Source: a virus. Taken from it: 64,000 bases of DNA. The stretch spans positions 32,001-96,000 of the IMG/VR virus record IMGVR_UViG_3300027963_000041; one strand, written 5' to 3'. Position 1 is the first letter of the stretch. Each line of letters opens with the position of its first letter. A program made the translations under genes and the position numbers. Positions 9,801 to 17,580 of this stretch are shown one piece after another. Below the pieces are notes generated by a model. The model searched no databases and was not told where the DNA came from. It worked only from the letters and a program-made list of their open reading frames with translations.

Positions 9801-10621
9801 GGTAAATCCGAAAAGAATTTGATTAGATCATCGATGAAAGGAAGTTTCTTAAATCTATCAAATAAATTTTTGAAAAAATCACCAAAGCGTCTTGGTAAAT
9901 CCGAAAAGAATTTAACCAAATCATCAATGAAAGAAAGTTTCTTAAATCTATCAAATAGGTTTCTGAAAAAATCGCCAAAACGTCTTGGCAAGTCTTCAAA
10001 GAATTTGGCTAGATTGTCTAACGAAGGAAACTTTACTCTTAGATTCTTTAAAAAGTCTAAGAATCGTAGAAGCCCATTGCCAAGACCACGGAGTACGTCT
10101 GTAATAAAGTTTACTATTTTTCCTAGACGAGCAAGCCCGTCTTCAAGGAATTTCAATATCCTTCTAAATCTTGCAAGAATGTCATCAAACTTTGTATTGA
10201 GTGCATCCAAGAAACCTTTAAAAAGTTTTAGAAGTTTATCAAAACCTTTTGCAAATGCGCCAGCAATTGCAAGCGCAAGGTTTTTTAAGAAGTTTAGAAA
10301 ACTGTTTTCATCACCTTTACCAAGCCCTAATAAAGCCTTTAGAATGTCTGATAGTGTTTGATTAGTTTTCTTTTGTTCACCGAGAATATCGGTAAAAAGT
10401 TTTTTCTGCTCTAAAGATTTTTCTTCTTCAAATGCCCTATCGCGCTGGCGCTGAGTTTGATCAACCTTCATCATTTTAGCAAGGCTTGCAAATGCAGGTG
10501 CAAATGCCGCAGGGTTACCCGCCATGGCAGCCCCTTTCAGGCCTGCTCCGAAGCCTGAAAGGGATTGACTGATTGAACCAGCAATCGTTTTACCTATGTC
10601 GCCTACTAAATTTGTTGCCAT
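3803..10621 (-). CDS. Large tape-measure/baseplate-hub (gp29-position) protein with internal repeats and a putative lytic (RNNNPGNL) domain
   Basis: 2272 aa directly downstream of gp51/gp26; amphipathic helical repeats, Gly-rich hydrophobic stretches, RNNNPGNLR...KYAPP..NNDT..Y motif. Confidence 0.7.
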   Translation of the reverse strand: MATNLVGDIGKTIAGSISQSLSGFGAGLKGAAMAGNPAAFAPAFASLAKMMKVDQTQRQRDRAFEEEKSLEQKKLFTDILGEQKKTNQTLSDILKALLGLGKGDENSFLNFLKNLALAIAGAFAKGFDKLLKLFKGFLDALNTKFDDILARFRRILKFLEDGLARLGKIVNFITDVLRGLGNGLLRFLDFLKNLRVKFPSLDNLAKFFEDLPRRFGDFFRNLFDRFKKLSFIDDLVKFFSDLPRRFGDFFKNLFDRFKKLPFIDDLIKFFSDLPRRFGDFFTNLFDRFKKLPFIDDLVKFFSDLPRRFIGVFTGLLDTFRTAFDDFKSRFRLPNFDDIIKSFDDFKLRFRLPNFDDIIKAFDDFKARIRLPNFDDVVRAIEGIFSALPASFGRLRNATLINVAILADLLDEVKANIGAKFDTFKATFLDSFGKVGSYFDDLAIKFDSLRTSALESFSKVTAAFSDGRLALSLDDLGKIMPEILGGTGGFLESIAAKLGYFYQTYIVETVQKGLKAMGNAIEAIKNSEVVKILGDIGKKLLKFLIPLDIILSIFDGLLVAFDEDKIGSIIDKNAIEVTFMDRVAAFLGGGLSSFFLGFIDIASQVLNYAISNIFGDGATWAESYNTGLQEVGTVYVTRIFSNIFDFVKETARLIGALFTFDGEGIKNAFSELYLIFDDFVVNIVNFAVEILDRIGIRGLFIRIGNVIGEFWNDLSNSIGEGWFNAKKFVFGVVGKAIDASINFIGPSITSMFNAISRGVNAITSYVVDKVAAFLNYIPGGAELAKKLQEFGKGLQIQETKYEPYQSGLTKEAAKMEKESYKKTTFTKTDENYVRDRDAVVSDKQRRDRDSANERKRETRGLTTPAPAPVAPAPAAPATLPSQSSPTYTPTNLSNNAPVSVRNNNPGNLRYYSRYAGPGGVLEGAIPGPDGSFAQFPSPEMGMAAMQKQLQLDTQSRGMTLNQFISKYAPPGDNNDTGAYVANMSRSLGIGPNDRIPSHLIPQLQAAMIRQEGGPAASNYYSGVQPGSGGSAFALRPPSLMTVGMSGQYGGGSRGGGAYDTGRIMEAARGTFGQGDFTGSFGGTLSGAEQTYDTARARALGIFDDGGGGDDFEGSFNGTLSGPEQTYVRNVTRLQQDIIDGIESRRPSTTAYTGQDADSRLIGLNAKSNEMESQNLVYQRQIATGIQNLNNQYGNQRKSLEMQFLGQIQGDVSRSIYKAIGGSQGFGVTGQQNSAFGSIDQLYQNSFQNFATKILGKDMGPIYGNIFSKLAASYTDQFVNTVLGPMFGPNAATGFNRAINNYAQGASVRKQYDVLKADYDQTKVEFDKLSSQVTLVDRLNAMNPITGKIGADKLQMIQKVDQLEGLLGQKGAQVAQAKAAVSQNKKMVTEDLIFAMTGIPTGMRSFFGYEEGIQNFSQQMALMIGQPFSPMFGGAGGYEEYQRNVERQMKLGVDSQGRYMEQGALQIRDGMVYAGDYHNQGMSQVLGNHLQGMSNITQYSLQSQAQIAQMQQRSAQMQMYSGMAGGGGGFFSSIGSIWEGVKSVGSAVGDVFSGTKSIGDAISGIFSPSAPSATGAGGTISGVTGKGTPVGGGFSMGNALVDFGTIYAAQKLGLGFGPATFAMNALGKNFVSGKGFEGAGDILKGGAGGIGLGGTLFNLYALKNADIKTPGGLINTVLAGYQIYNALATGSLLASGASLAASAGMGLVNMGATGMGTTLLNFSGGMQAANAGMTSAQLAASYAQAGMEVPVGMTSGVYAGSALQGLAGGMAGSFIGSAIAGDKQIIDGISTSTIGSMIGNFIMPGIGGLVGGVLGGIADSFFGSGPRRTTAAGITGTLAEGSGTSIRQYENWSRSGGKFSGGSSGRNYSDADPELVKYMQGAVNNIFTGVREGANILGIDPNAITGFTKAIEVNLMGLSQADQAKRLQESLLGFSDDMIKTAYADIVNYQIKVGDALESITTTFSRLVESTLFMNNAFEMLKYTADDLAKTIGGTTGLALADLKYDIMTMFGGKDLREQQDNFNKFVGDYYRNFYTQEEQLTFSLNQKKKEFEAIETEIKTKINIPGLEGFDIPEFKGTVEESRIAYREFVDNFVKSTGLATDESRAIYAKLIQAGPLFFEGAQQFVQLNQVQKKKKTREELIAEGTVLTGTFMQAAGSIGSGAFDGSFANTVSGVTSSLDYISTTLSNTPAGGIIATETLGAGSQQFLREQGNALIKSFEAGTNVNTVVDNSVRQVSSPITTFVMKDDKVRDFHPILRNTERSSLRAYTLAMR
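9490..10010 (-). repeat. Intragenic tandem repeats: about 4 x 93 nt (31 aa) and 3 x 57 nt (19 aa)
   Basis: CGTCTTGG at 9702, 9795, 9888, 9981 (period 93; FFSDLPRRFGDFFKNLFDRFKKLPFIDDLIK); RLPNFDDIIKxFDDFK x3. Confidence 0.9.
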
Positions 10622-10819
10622 TTATTTTCTTCTTGACTTTGATTGCGCTTGTTGTTCTCTTTGTCTCTGATTTTCTTCTTTTATGAATTCGCCCAATAAA
10701 GTTATATAAATGTCACGCTCGAAAGGCATCATCTCCTCAAGTTCAGTTAAACTATATTTATGGTGTTGTACCATAGCAAAGTTTGTTTTGTAATAATTTA
10801 GAAGATTTTCATTCGACAT
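10622..10819 (-). CDS. gp51: Baseplate hub assembly protein gp51-like
   Basis: YYKTNFAMVQHHKYSLTELEEMMPFERDIY motif; follows gp26. Confidence 0.85.
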   Translation of the reverse strand: MSNENLLNYYKTNFAMVQHHKYSLTELEEMMPFERDIYITLLGEFIKEENQRQREQQAQSKSRRK

Positions 10820-10821
10820 TG

Positions 10822-11562
10822 TTACCCGAAAAAACTTGTCATACCCTCCAACTCAACCTTGTCATCGCAACCGCAATGAGAGCAAGTCCATGCAATTGTT
10901 TTTCTGAGTTTAGGCATTGTATTAAAGAATTCAGTTATTTTTGCAAACTGTTCTTGTGAAAGTCCGTTGATAAATTCAATCAATTCAGCCTTTGTAGATT
11001 CGCTTGCAGGATATGTGTTTTCGTTATCGAAAATATAGTCAATACTTTCAACCACAACGCCTTGAATCACATCGAATTGATTTTGTTTATCGTTTGCTTG
11101 TAACTTATCTGCCATAGACATGGTTGGATATTTCAATACAACACCAACACCAGACTCTTCATCTAAAAGAATCTTGTTAGTATGAGTATCTCCTACTTCT
11201 ACTTCAACATCCATAATGTTGAACTTGTATGGTGTATTGAATTCACACATTTCACCCTTAGAGTTTAGCCCTGTAGGGTGTGTAAGTTTGAGTTCAATCT
11301 CTTCACCAATTGACTTGCCACGAAGACGTAGGAAGAAATATTCCAAATCGAACATTGGAAGTTTATCCACATCAATTTCGTCTACAGAGCAATTGGTAAT
11401 GATCTGTTTAATTGCACGAAGCATCTCTTTTGGATCTTGAGATTCAAGAGCCATTAAAAGAATCTTTTGTTCTTTAACTAAGAACGGTCTGTACTTGTAA
11501 CTTTGTTTGGTTGAGTGTAATGTCAACTCATAAATCGGTGATTTGATTTTTGGTAAAGCCAT
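10822..11562 (-). CDS. gp26: Baseplate hub subunit/chaperone gp26
   Basis: MALPKI..P.YEL, YRPFLVKEQKILL, FDLEYFFLRLRGKSIGE, FFNTMPKL, CxxC..LEG..SFF. Confidence 0.92.
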   Translation of the reverse strand: MALPKIKSPIYELTLHSTKQSYKYRPFLVKEQKILLMALESQDPKEMLRAIKQIITNCSVDEIDVDKLPMFDLEYFFLRLRGKSIGEEIELKLTHPTGLNSKGEMCEFNTPYKFNIMDVEVEVGDTHTNKILLDEESGVGVVLKYPTMSMADKLQANDKQNQFDVIQGVVVESIDYIFDNENTYPASESTKAELIEFINGLSQEQFAKITEFFNTMPKLRKTIAWTCSHCGCDDKVELEGMTSFFG

Positions 11563-11591
11563 GATATTTCTCCTTTAGTATAAAAAAATGA

Positions 11592-12350
11592 TTACGCAGT
11601 TTGTACTGGACGTCCAGTAACTCGACCATCAAGATCAAAATTTGGATCCACTACTCTTGCCTGGTCTCCAGGCAAATTAATGTAACCCTGCGTAAAGTCC
11701 ACAGTATGAAAACGATATGTCATTGTTACTGAAAATCGTTGATATGTGTTCGGTTCTTCCCAAGTCAAGTTCATTGGGCTAAGTTGAATTGGATATGCAT
11801 TGTAAAGTGTGTATCTTGCAAGTTGTCTTCTATCACCACTCACTTGAATAATTCTCACTTGTCCTGATGCATATTGATTGTAATATTTTGCGAGTCCTGC
11901 TCGACTTGCATTTCCGTTTTTAAGGTCTGTTTGATTGATAATGTTTTCTACCCAAACCTCAAACATTGCTCTTTCTCTAAAGTCTTCAGAGCAAATAATT
12001 TGTAAAGGCACATCTGCGTAAGAAGTTTCATATGCGTATTTTGTTGTTGGACCATATGCTTGATCGTCACTTGTAGACACACTTCTTCCTGGCAATTCAG
12101 TTGCTTCACAACGAAAGCGAAAAGTTGAGTTAATGTCTTTTCCGTCAAATGAATTCCACCAGTTTGTTTCGGAAATATTTACGCTACCTTCAACATTAAA
12201 AGTTTGTCCTGGACGACCAGGATTTGTAAGTCCTGTTCGTGCCTTACTTAAAAACGCACTTCTTAATTCTGGAGGCAAGTCGACCTCCACATAAAACATG
12301 TTAGGTCTTACGACCGAGAAGTTTGTTCTGAATTGGCTGATACTAAACAT
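11592..12350 (-). CDS. gp54: Tail tube initiator gp54-like (gp19 fold)
   Basis: RPNMFYV, FRCEATELPG, LYNAYPIQLSPMNLTW, FSVTMTY; located between gp2 and gp26. Confidence 0.7.
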   Translation of the reverse strand: MFSISQFRTNFSVVRPNMFYVEVDLPPELRSAFLSKARTGLTNPGRPGQTFNVEGSVNISETNWWNSFDGKDINSTFRFRCEATELPGRSVSTSDDQAYGPTTKYAYETSYADVPLQIICSEDFRERAMFEVWVENIINQTDLKNGNASRAGLAKYYNQYASGQVRIIQVSGDRRQLARYTLYNAYPIQLSPMNLTWEEPNTYQRFSVTMTYRFHTVDFTQGYINLPGDQARVVDPNFDLDGRVTGRPVQTA

Positions 12351-12362
12351 TTATGTTTTTCC

Positions 12363-12959
12363 TTAGATCATTGATCGACTGTCTGCCCAAATGCTTGCTT
12401 TATCTGATTTTTTAAATCTTTCAAGCGGCATGAACAATGCCATGTCCCATTCTGGTGCCCTAATTTCTAAAAACTGGGAGCGAATGTGATTGTTTAAGTA
12501 TCGCTTAACAGTTGGTTTGAACGCACTATATTTAGATGCACTTTTCAGAATACGATAGGTTGCTAGAATCTTTGTTTTCTCATTGTACTTTTTATCAGTA
12601 GTGATACTGTATAATGCATCCATTAATTTTGCGCGAAGCATATATGGCAAGTAGTGAAAGTTGATGCCTAGAAAGCCATCGTTATAAGTCTCAATCGGAA
12701 AGATAAGTGGAAATGTGTCGTAGTATGGTAGATCAAGTTTGCCTTTTGGATCATACTTAAACAAGTACATATATCCAGGCTTCATCTCTACAACTTTACG
12801 CTTTGGTTCAAACGAACGAATAATTTTGGATGGGGTAAGCGAAGCAACGCCTTCCGCTTGGGCTGCGGCATCTCTGTACCATTCTCTTGCGACTTTGGTT
12901 CTGGCGGGTGTCATACCTGCTAAAACGCCGCGATAGATGAGTTCTTTAAATAATAGCAT
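12363..12959 (-). CDS. gp2: DNA end protector gp2
   Basis: YDPKGKLDLPYYDTFPL, GFLGINFHYLP..R motifs. Confidence 0.93.
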   Translation of the reverse strand: MLLFKELIYRGVLAGMTPARTKVAREWYRDAAAQAEGVASLTPSKIIRSFEPKRKVVEMKPGYMYLFKYDPKGKLDLPYYDTFPLIFPIETYNDGFLGINFHYLPYMLRAKLMDALYSITTDKKYNEKTKILATYRILKSASKYSAFKPTVKRYLNNHIRSQFLEIRAPEWDMALFMPLERFKKSDKASIWADSRSMI

Positions 12960-12985
12960 AAATTCCTACTGATCTGCGATACATA

Positions 12986-12993
12986 TATTTATG
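12986..12993 (-). promoter_or_regulatory. Late promoter variant (CATAAATA) upstream of gp2
   Basis: One mismatch to TATAAATA, about 27 nt upstream of the gp2 start. Confidence 0.55.
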
Positions 12994-13423
12994 TCAATTG
13001 CTTCTCAGTAAGTAACTTAAATTCCCAATTTCTGTCTAAACAATACTCAGTTGCCGCTTTCCATTTTGCTTGATTGACGCCCCATGTCATTACTTCATTG
13101 AGGTATCTGCGCGTTGGTTTGCCAACAAGTCTTGAAGGTTCTCGCGTTTGTTTGTCAGGCTTTACTTCAATCAACGATGCGCGAATTGTGCCGTTTCTAT
13201 CTTTGTAACGAATCCAAAAATCAACAAAATATCGATGCCAACGATTGTCAAGCGGAGACCTATAGGGCACGACTACTTCTTCAGAATTCCATTCTAAGAT
13301 TGCTGAATTAGTATCGCAATACACCATGAATCTACGTTCAAGTAGACTGCGATATATGATACCCGTTGGATCACCCTTATATTTTTGAGGGTTTTTTGGT
13401 TTGAATCTACCTTTGTATGCCAT
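12989..13423 (-). CDS. gp4: Head completion nuclease gp4
   Basis: YKGRFKPKNPQKYKGD, YRSLLERRFM, W.SEE, HRYFVDF, LIEVKP, NQAKWKAA. Confidence 0.95.
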   Translation of the reverse strand: MAYKGRFKPKNPQKYKGDPTGIIYRSLLERRFMVYCDTNSAILEWNSEEVVVPYRSPLDNRWHRYFVDFWIRYKDRNGTIRASLIEVKPDKQTREPSRLVGKPTRRYLNEVMTWGVNQAKWKAATEYCLDRNWEFKLLTEKQLT

Positions 13424-13431
13424 TTTTAGAT

Positions 13432-13439
13432 TATAAATA
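13432..13439 (+). promoter_or_regulatory. T4 late promoter for the gp48 operon
   Basis: Exact TATAAATA in the gp4/gp48 intergenic region. Confidence 0.85.
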
Positions 13440-13464
13440 AGAGAGTTAATCTATAGGGATTTAT

Positions 13465-14487
13465 ATGGCAAGAACATCTTTCACACCAACCGCTGACGGG
13501 CAGACTGCTCTGTATCCTGAGGCTGGTTCGGGAATACAGGAAGCGTCTACCGAAGTAAGCGGGCATGACCGTTATAGTGCGGCTGGTTTAGTGCAAGGAA
13601 CTGGAGTATGGCAATTTCCTATTGAGAATGATGCTTTTAACGTGCCTTTTCTACAATTCAAATTTCTTGATGCCTTTGGTAATCTTTTCAATAATCAAAG
13701 GGCACCTACTATTTATCTGCGAATGCCTAATCAATTTAACATTTCTGGCTTCTCAGAGTACGCAAGAACAGATAATGTTTTTGGTGCAGGCAATCAACTA
13801 CTTCAAAATGAAAATGCTTTAGCAATTGGCAAAGCAAAACAAGAAGAAGGATTTGATTCTAGTTTAATTGCAAAGTATGGATTAAGTGCGGCTGAAGCAT
13901 TTCAAACAGGTGTTGCTAGGGCATTGGCTGGCGTTGAAGGCTTTCTTGCATCTGGTGGTATGAACAACATTTCACAATTTGAGTTTACTCAAAGACAAGC
14001 AATTAATCCATTTGCTCAGTTGTTGTATAAAGGTCCGCAACATCGCAAGTATCAAATACCTGTTATCATGCGCCCGAGAACAAAACAAGAAGCAGACAAC
14101 ATCAAAAAAATTATTCATACTTTTAGGGTTGCTTCGTCACCCTCAGTTCCTAACGTAAGTGGTAATCTAAGATACTCTTCAATCAGCAAAGGTACGCAAA
14201 CAATTGAAACCGGCATTGGTGAAGGTAGCACATTTACATTTGGCTATCCTCACCTCACACAGTTTGACGTAATATTTAAGACTGTAGAACAAGACATTAA
14301 AGTTTTTAGAAGCAAGCCTTGTGTAATTGATTCTGTTGCAGTTGATTATGGTGGTCAAAAACTTACATTCTTTGAAGATGGCAACGTAACAGAAGCACAA
14401 TTAACAATTCAGTTGACAGAGATTATTCCAAGAACACTTGGTGATGGTATGTCAGAAGCAAAAAATACTAACTTCTCAATGATATAA
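13465..14487 (+). CDS. gp48: Baseplate tail tube cap gp48
   Basis: INPFAQLLYKGP..R, P...EA..I..II..FR, F.YP, PCVIDSVAVDY; precedes gp53. Confidence 0.8.
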   Translation: MARTSFTPTADGQTALYPEAGSGIQEASTEVSGHDRYSAAGLVQGTGVWQFPIENDAFNVPFLQFKFLDAFGNLFNNQRAPTIYLRMPNQFNISGFSEYARTDNVFGAGNQLLQNENALAIGKAKQEEGFDSSLIAKYGLSAAEAFQTGVARALAGVEGFLASGGMNNISQFEFTQRQAINPFAQLLYKGPQHRKYQIPVIMRPRTKQEADNIKKIIHTFRVASSPSVPNVSGNLRYSSISKGTQTIETGIGEGSTFTFGYPHLTQFDVIFKTVEQDIKVFRSKPCVIDSVAVDYGGQKLTFFEDGNVTEAQLTIQLTEIIPRTLGDGMSEAKNTNFSMI

Positions 14488-14488
14488 A

Positions 14489-15010
14489 ATGTTTCAATTT
14501 TTTCCTAAAATACTTTATCTCATTAACGACTTTGATTATCAAAAAGTTGTTGATTTAAACGTGTCCGCACAAATCACAGAGTATGTAAAGAAGTTTAAAA
14601 CCTCTCCTTCTGCTCGACAATTTATTGTTCGTGATGGCGAACGTCCTGAAGCAGTTTCGCAAAGATTGTACGGCACACCAAAATACGATTATCTTATCAT
14701 GTTAATAAATGATATTGAAAGCATCTACGATGACTGGCCTCGAAATTCAGTAGCACTCAATAATTATATTGCAAGTAAATATGGAAGTATTGGTGCGGCC
14801 TCGGTACCAGGATATTGGTACACAGGTGATGGCGATCAAGTAGCAGAAGCGTATTGGAACACATTAACTGATGATCCTAAAAAATATGTTCGAACATTTT
14901 TCGAACATGAAGTAGAATTAAATGATGAAAAAGCAAAGATCGACATATTCGATATTCAAATTGCTATAAAATTTGAAACTGGTTTGCAAGAATTATTTGA
15001 TAATCTATAA
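14489..15010 (+). CDS. gp53: Baseplate wedge gp53
   Basis: VRDGERPE.VS..LYG...Y..LI..INDI...YDDWP, LN.YI..KYG. Confidence 0.9.
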   Translation: MFQFFPKILYLINDFDYQKVVDLNVSAQITEYVKKFKTSPSARQFIVRDGERPEAVSQRLYGTPKYDYLIMLINDIESIYDDWPRNSVALNNYIASKYGSIGAASVPGYWYTGDGDQVAEAYWNTLTDDPKKYVRTFFEHEVELNDEKAKIDIFDIQIAIKFETGLQELFDNL

Positions 15011-16395
15011 TGGCATACACATTTCCCAAACTTAATGTACCGCGCGATCAATTTGGCTTTCAAATAGAGTCAGAGTCAACTACGCCGGATCACATTAAAG
15101 ATACCTATATCTTATCTGCGCTCTTTATTAAAATTAAAAACGGAAAAACTATTTCACTAGGCAACTCTTTCAATCGTCTTGAAATATACGAAGACATTTT
15201 TAGTCCGTCAATTACAGGTAAGATAAGCGTTTATGATTATGTTGGTGGTATTGAAAAGTTTATGTTTACTGGCGGCGAAACAATCACGTTGCGAGTAACC
15301 AAGCCAGGCGGCTCAAACGAAACTCTTATTTCGCGTGACGATTTAATTGTTTATGAAATAGGTAAAATTCAATACGATAATGAAAATGCTATGACGTATG
15401 AATTGAGTTTTACGTCAAAGTCTGCAATCGCATCACAAAAGAAAAGACTGTACAAAAGTTTTGGTACAGACAAAGGACTGAGAAGTGTATTCTCTAAAAT
15501 TTATTCTGACGTAAATGAAGTATCAAACTTAAACGTCAATACAATTGATCCTGACATTAGAATGCAAAATTCATTTGTATGTCCTGGATATACTCCACTT
15601 GAAGCATTGTCTCAGTTGGCAAGACGTTCATGTGCATTGGGAGATTACTTTGTATTCTATGAAAAACTAAACGGAAGAAATGCCTCAGATTTTAAACATG
15701 TGTTCATCTCATTGGGATCACTCAAAGAGTTTTGGAACAATGCAGACAAGTTGCAAAAACTTGTATATCAACCATCTCAAGATTATATAAATCGCGAAAC
15801 AAACACATTCATTCAAATTAAAAGTTTTTTGATTGAGAACAACTTTCAACATTTAGAACGAATGCAAACTGGATTCTACAATTCAAACATTCGCCAGATC
15901 GATCCATATAGCCGAAATTATACCGATTCAAAAATCAGTTACAAAGACATGGCACTTGATACAGATTTTTATACCAATCGCATTTTAGAAAACAATAACG
16001 AATTTTTAAAATATGATGATACTTACCCAGAATTTCCTGGCGAAAGATTGATTGTGAAGCCAAAAAATGATATAGTATTAGATAAGGCGAATTGGATCAA
16101 ATATGACACTTATGGTGGGCTTCTAAATAGTGGGTTACGAGTACTTGCAGATATACCAGGCGCGGATAATCGGATTAGCGTTGGCTATGCAGTTGAATTA
16201 GCATTACCAAGTAAGGTAGCAAAAGCGCAAAACTTAGAGCAAAGTTTTGTTGCTGAAGATGAATTTTACTCAGGAAAATATCTAGTAACAGCAGTACGTC
16301 ACATATTTACTAAAGATACTTATATCAAGAAAATAGAACTAAGCCGCGGCTCACTCAAGATCAATCTTGATAGACGCATCGAACAAACGAGTTAA
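15010..16395 (+). CDS. Baseplate hub protein, gp27-like
   Basis: IYEDIFSPSITG, GGETI, FYE and YSGKYLVTAVRHIF motifs; between gp53 and gp5. Confidence 0.7.
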   Translation: MAYTFPKLNVPRDQFGFQIESESTTPDHIKDTYILSALFIKIKNGKTISLGNSFNRLEIYEDIFSPSITGKISVYDYVGGIEKFMFTGGETITLRVTKPGGSNETLISRDDLIVYEIGKIQYDNENAMTYELSFTSKSAIASQKKRLYKSFGTDKGLRSVFSKIYSDVNEVSNLNVNTIDPDIRMQNSFVCPGYTPLEALSQLARRSCALGDYFVFYEKLNGRNASDFKHVFISLGSLKEFWNNADKLQKLVYQPSQDYINRETNTFIQIKSFLIENNFQHLERMQTGFYNSNIRQIDPYSRNYTDSKISYKDMALDTDFYTNRILENNNEFLKYDDTYPEFPGERLIVKPKNDIVLDKANWIKYDTYGGLLNSGLRVLADIPGADNRISVGYAVELALPSKVAKAQNLEQSFVAEDEFYSGKYLVTAVRHIFTKDTYIKKIELSRGSLKINLDRRIEQTS

Positions 16396-16397
16396 AA

Positions 16398-17351
16398 ATG
16401 AAACTATCATTCTCAGAATACGTTTATAAAAAAGAATATGAGTCAAGAGTACCTCTTGAAGAAAAACTCATTCTTTACAACAATGGCGCAAAATATGGGC
16501 AAGTTGTATTCCTTGCTGGCGGTGCTGGTTCGGGTAAAGGTTTTGCCATTAGCAATTTTATGCAAGGCGAAGACTTTAAGATTCGTGATGTAGATGAATT
16601 AAAGATTGCATTTCAAAAACTTGATGATTTAGGTAAATTCACTATGGATGCATTACTGAAAAAATACAGTAATAACATTAGCGAACGTGATATGGACTTG
16701 ATTCAAAAGAATGTTATCGATAAAGGTTACTCTCTTAAAGATTTAAACCTCAAGACACCAGAACACGTTTACGCACTACACGTTATGGTTCGTGCAAGCG
16801 GTGTAAAAAATAAAACACTTGATCTATTGCTTGATGGCGCGGCACAAAATACATTACCTAACATTCTCATTGACTCCACTTTTGCAGACATGGATGATAT
16901 GACAGGTTACATTCCCAAGTTGCTCAAAGCAGGTTATGGAACTCGAAACATTCATGTGACTTGGGTGCTAACTAATTATGAGATTGCAATTCAGAACAAC
17001 AAGAAACGTGCGCGAGTAGTGCCAGAAGATATTCTACTGAAGACACACAGAGGTGCGGCACAAACTGTATTTGCATTAGTCAAAAAAGGTTTTCCAAAAG
17101 AAGTAGATGGTGGTGTTTATGTGGTACTAAACAATCCACAAAATACAATGTTCATTGTTGATCCTAAAACTGGTCAGCACTATAAAGATATTAAAGGCAA
17201 CAAAGTTGTCGGTAAATTCATGTATCTTACATTGAAGAAGCCAGGTAAGTCAATGACAAACGATGCCGGCGTTCGTAAAGAACTATACAATTGGATTGTA
17301 GATAACGTACCACCAGATTCACTAGATACGAAAGAACTAGACGATCTATGA
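16398..17351 (+). CDS. P-loop kinase, zeta-toxin/AAA_33-like
   Basis: Walker A VFLAGGAGSGKG, ILIDST, AIQNNKKRARVVPE..L..H. Confidence 0.7.
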   Translation: MKLSFSEYVYKKEYESRVPLEEKLILYNNGAKYGQVVFLAGGAGSGKGFAISNFMQGEDFKIRDVDELKIAFQKLDDLGKFTMDALLKKYSNNISERDMDLIQKNVIDKGYSLKDLNLKTPEHVYALHVMVRASGVKNKTLDLLLDGAAQNTLPNILIDSTFADMDDMTGYIPKLLKAGYGTRNIHVTWVLTNYEIAIQNNKKRARVVPEDILLKTHRGAAQTVFALVKKGFPKEVDGGVYVVLNNPQNTMFIVDPKTGQHYKDIKGNKVVGKFMYLTLKKPGKSMTNDAGVRKELYNWIVDNVPPDSLDTKELDDL

Positions 17352-17578
17352 AAACATTTAAACAGTTTATAAGCACACCTGCAACACAAGAAGAGTGGGA
17401 AGAGGATGTGTATGGTCCAGAACTTGTTGAAGTACTCAAACAAGTAGATGGTAAGTGGGCGTTAGTTTCAAAGAATACAGGTAAACCTCTTGCATACTAT
17501 AAAGGTGAGGGCAAGCCATCTGACGATTGGGTAGCGAAGCAAGAAAGACGCATTCAGTATTTTAAAAGTATGAGGTAA
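17348..17578 (+). CDS. Small hypothetical protein, possible internal head protein
   Basis: ATGA overlap with the upstream gene; MKTFKQFIS N-terminus; GKWALVSK..GKPL, ERRIQYFK. Confidence 0.7.
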   Translation: MKTFKQFISTPATQEEWEEDVYGPELVEVLKQVDGKWALVSKNTGKPLAYYKGEGKPSDDWVAKQERRIQYFKSMR

Positions 17579-17580
17579 TT

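Noticed and set aside
9490-10010. CRISPR-like array
   Set aside because: The repeats are contiguous, in-frame coding units without unique spacers
9351-10361. 336-aa plus-strand ORF
   Set aside because: Antisense shadow of the repetitive region of the 2272-aa gene; no RBS or recognisable motifs
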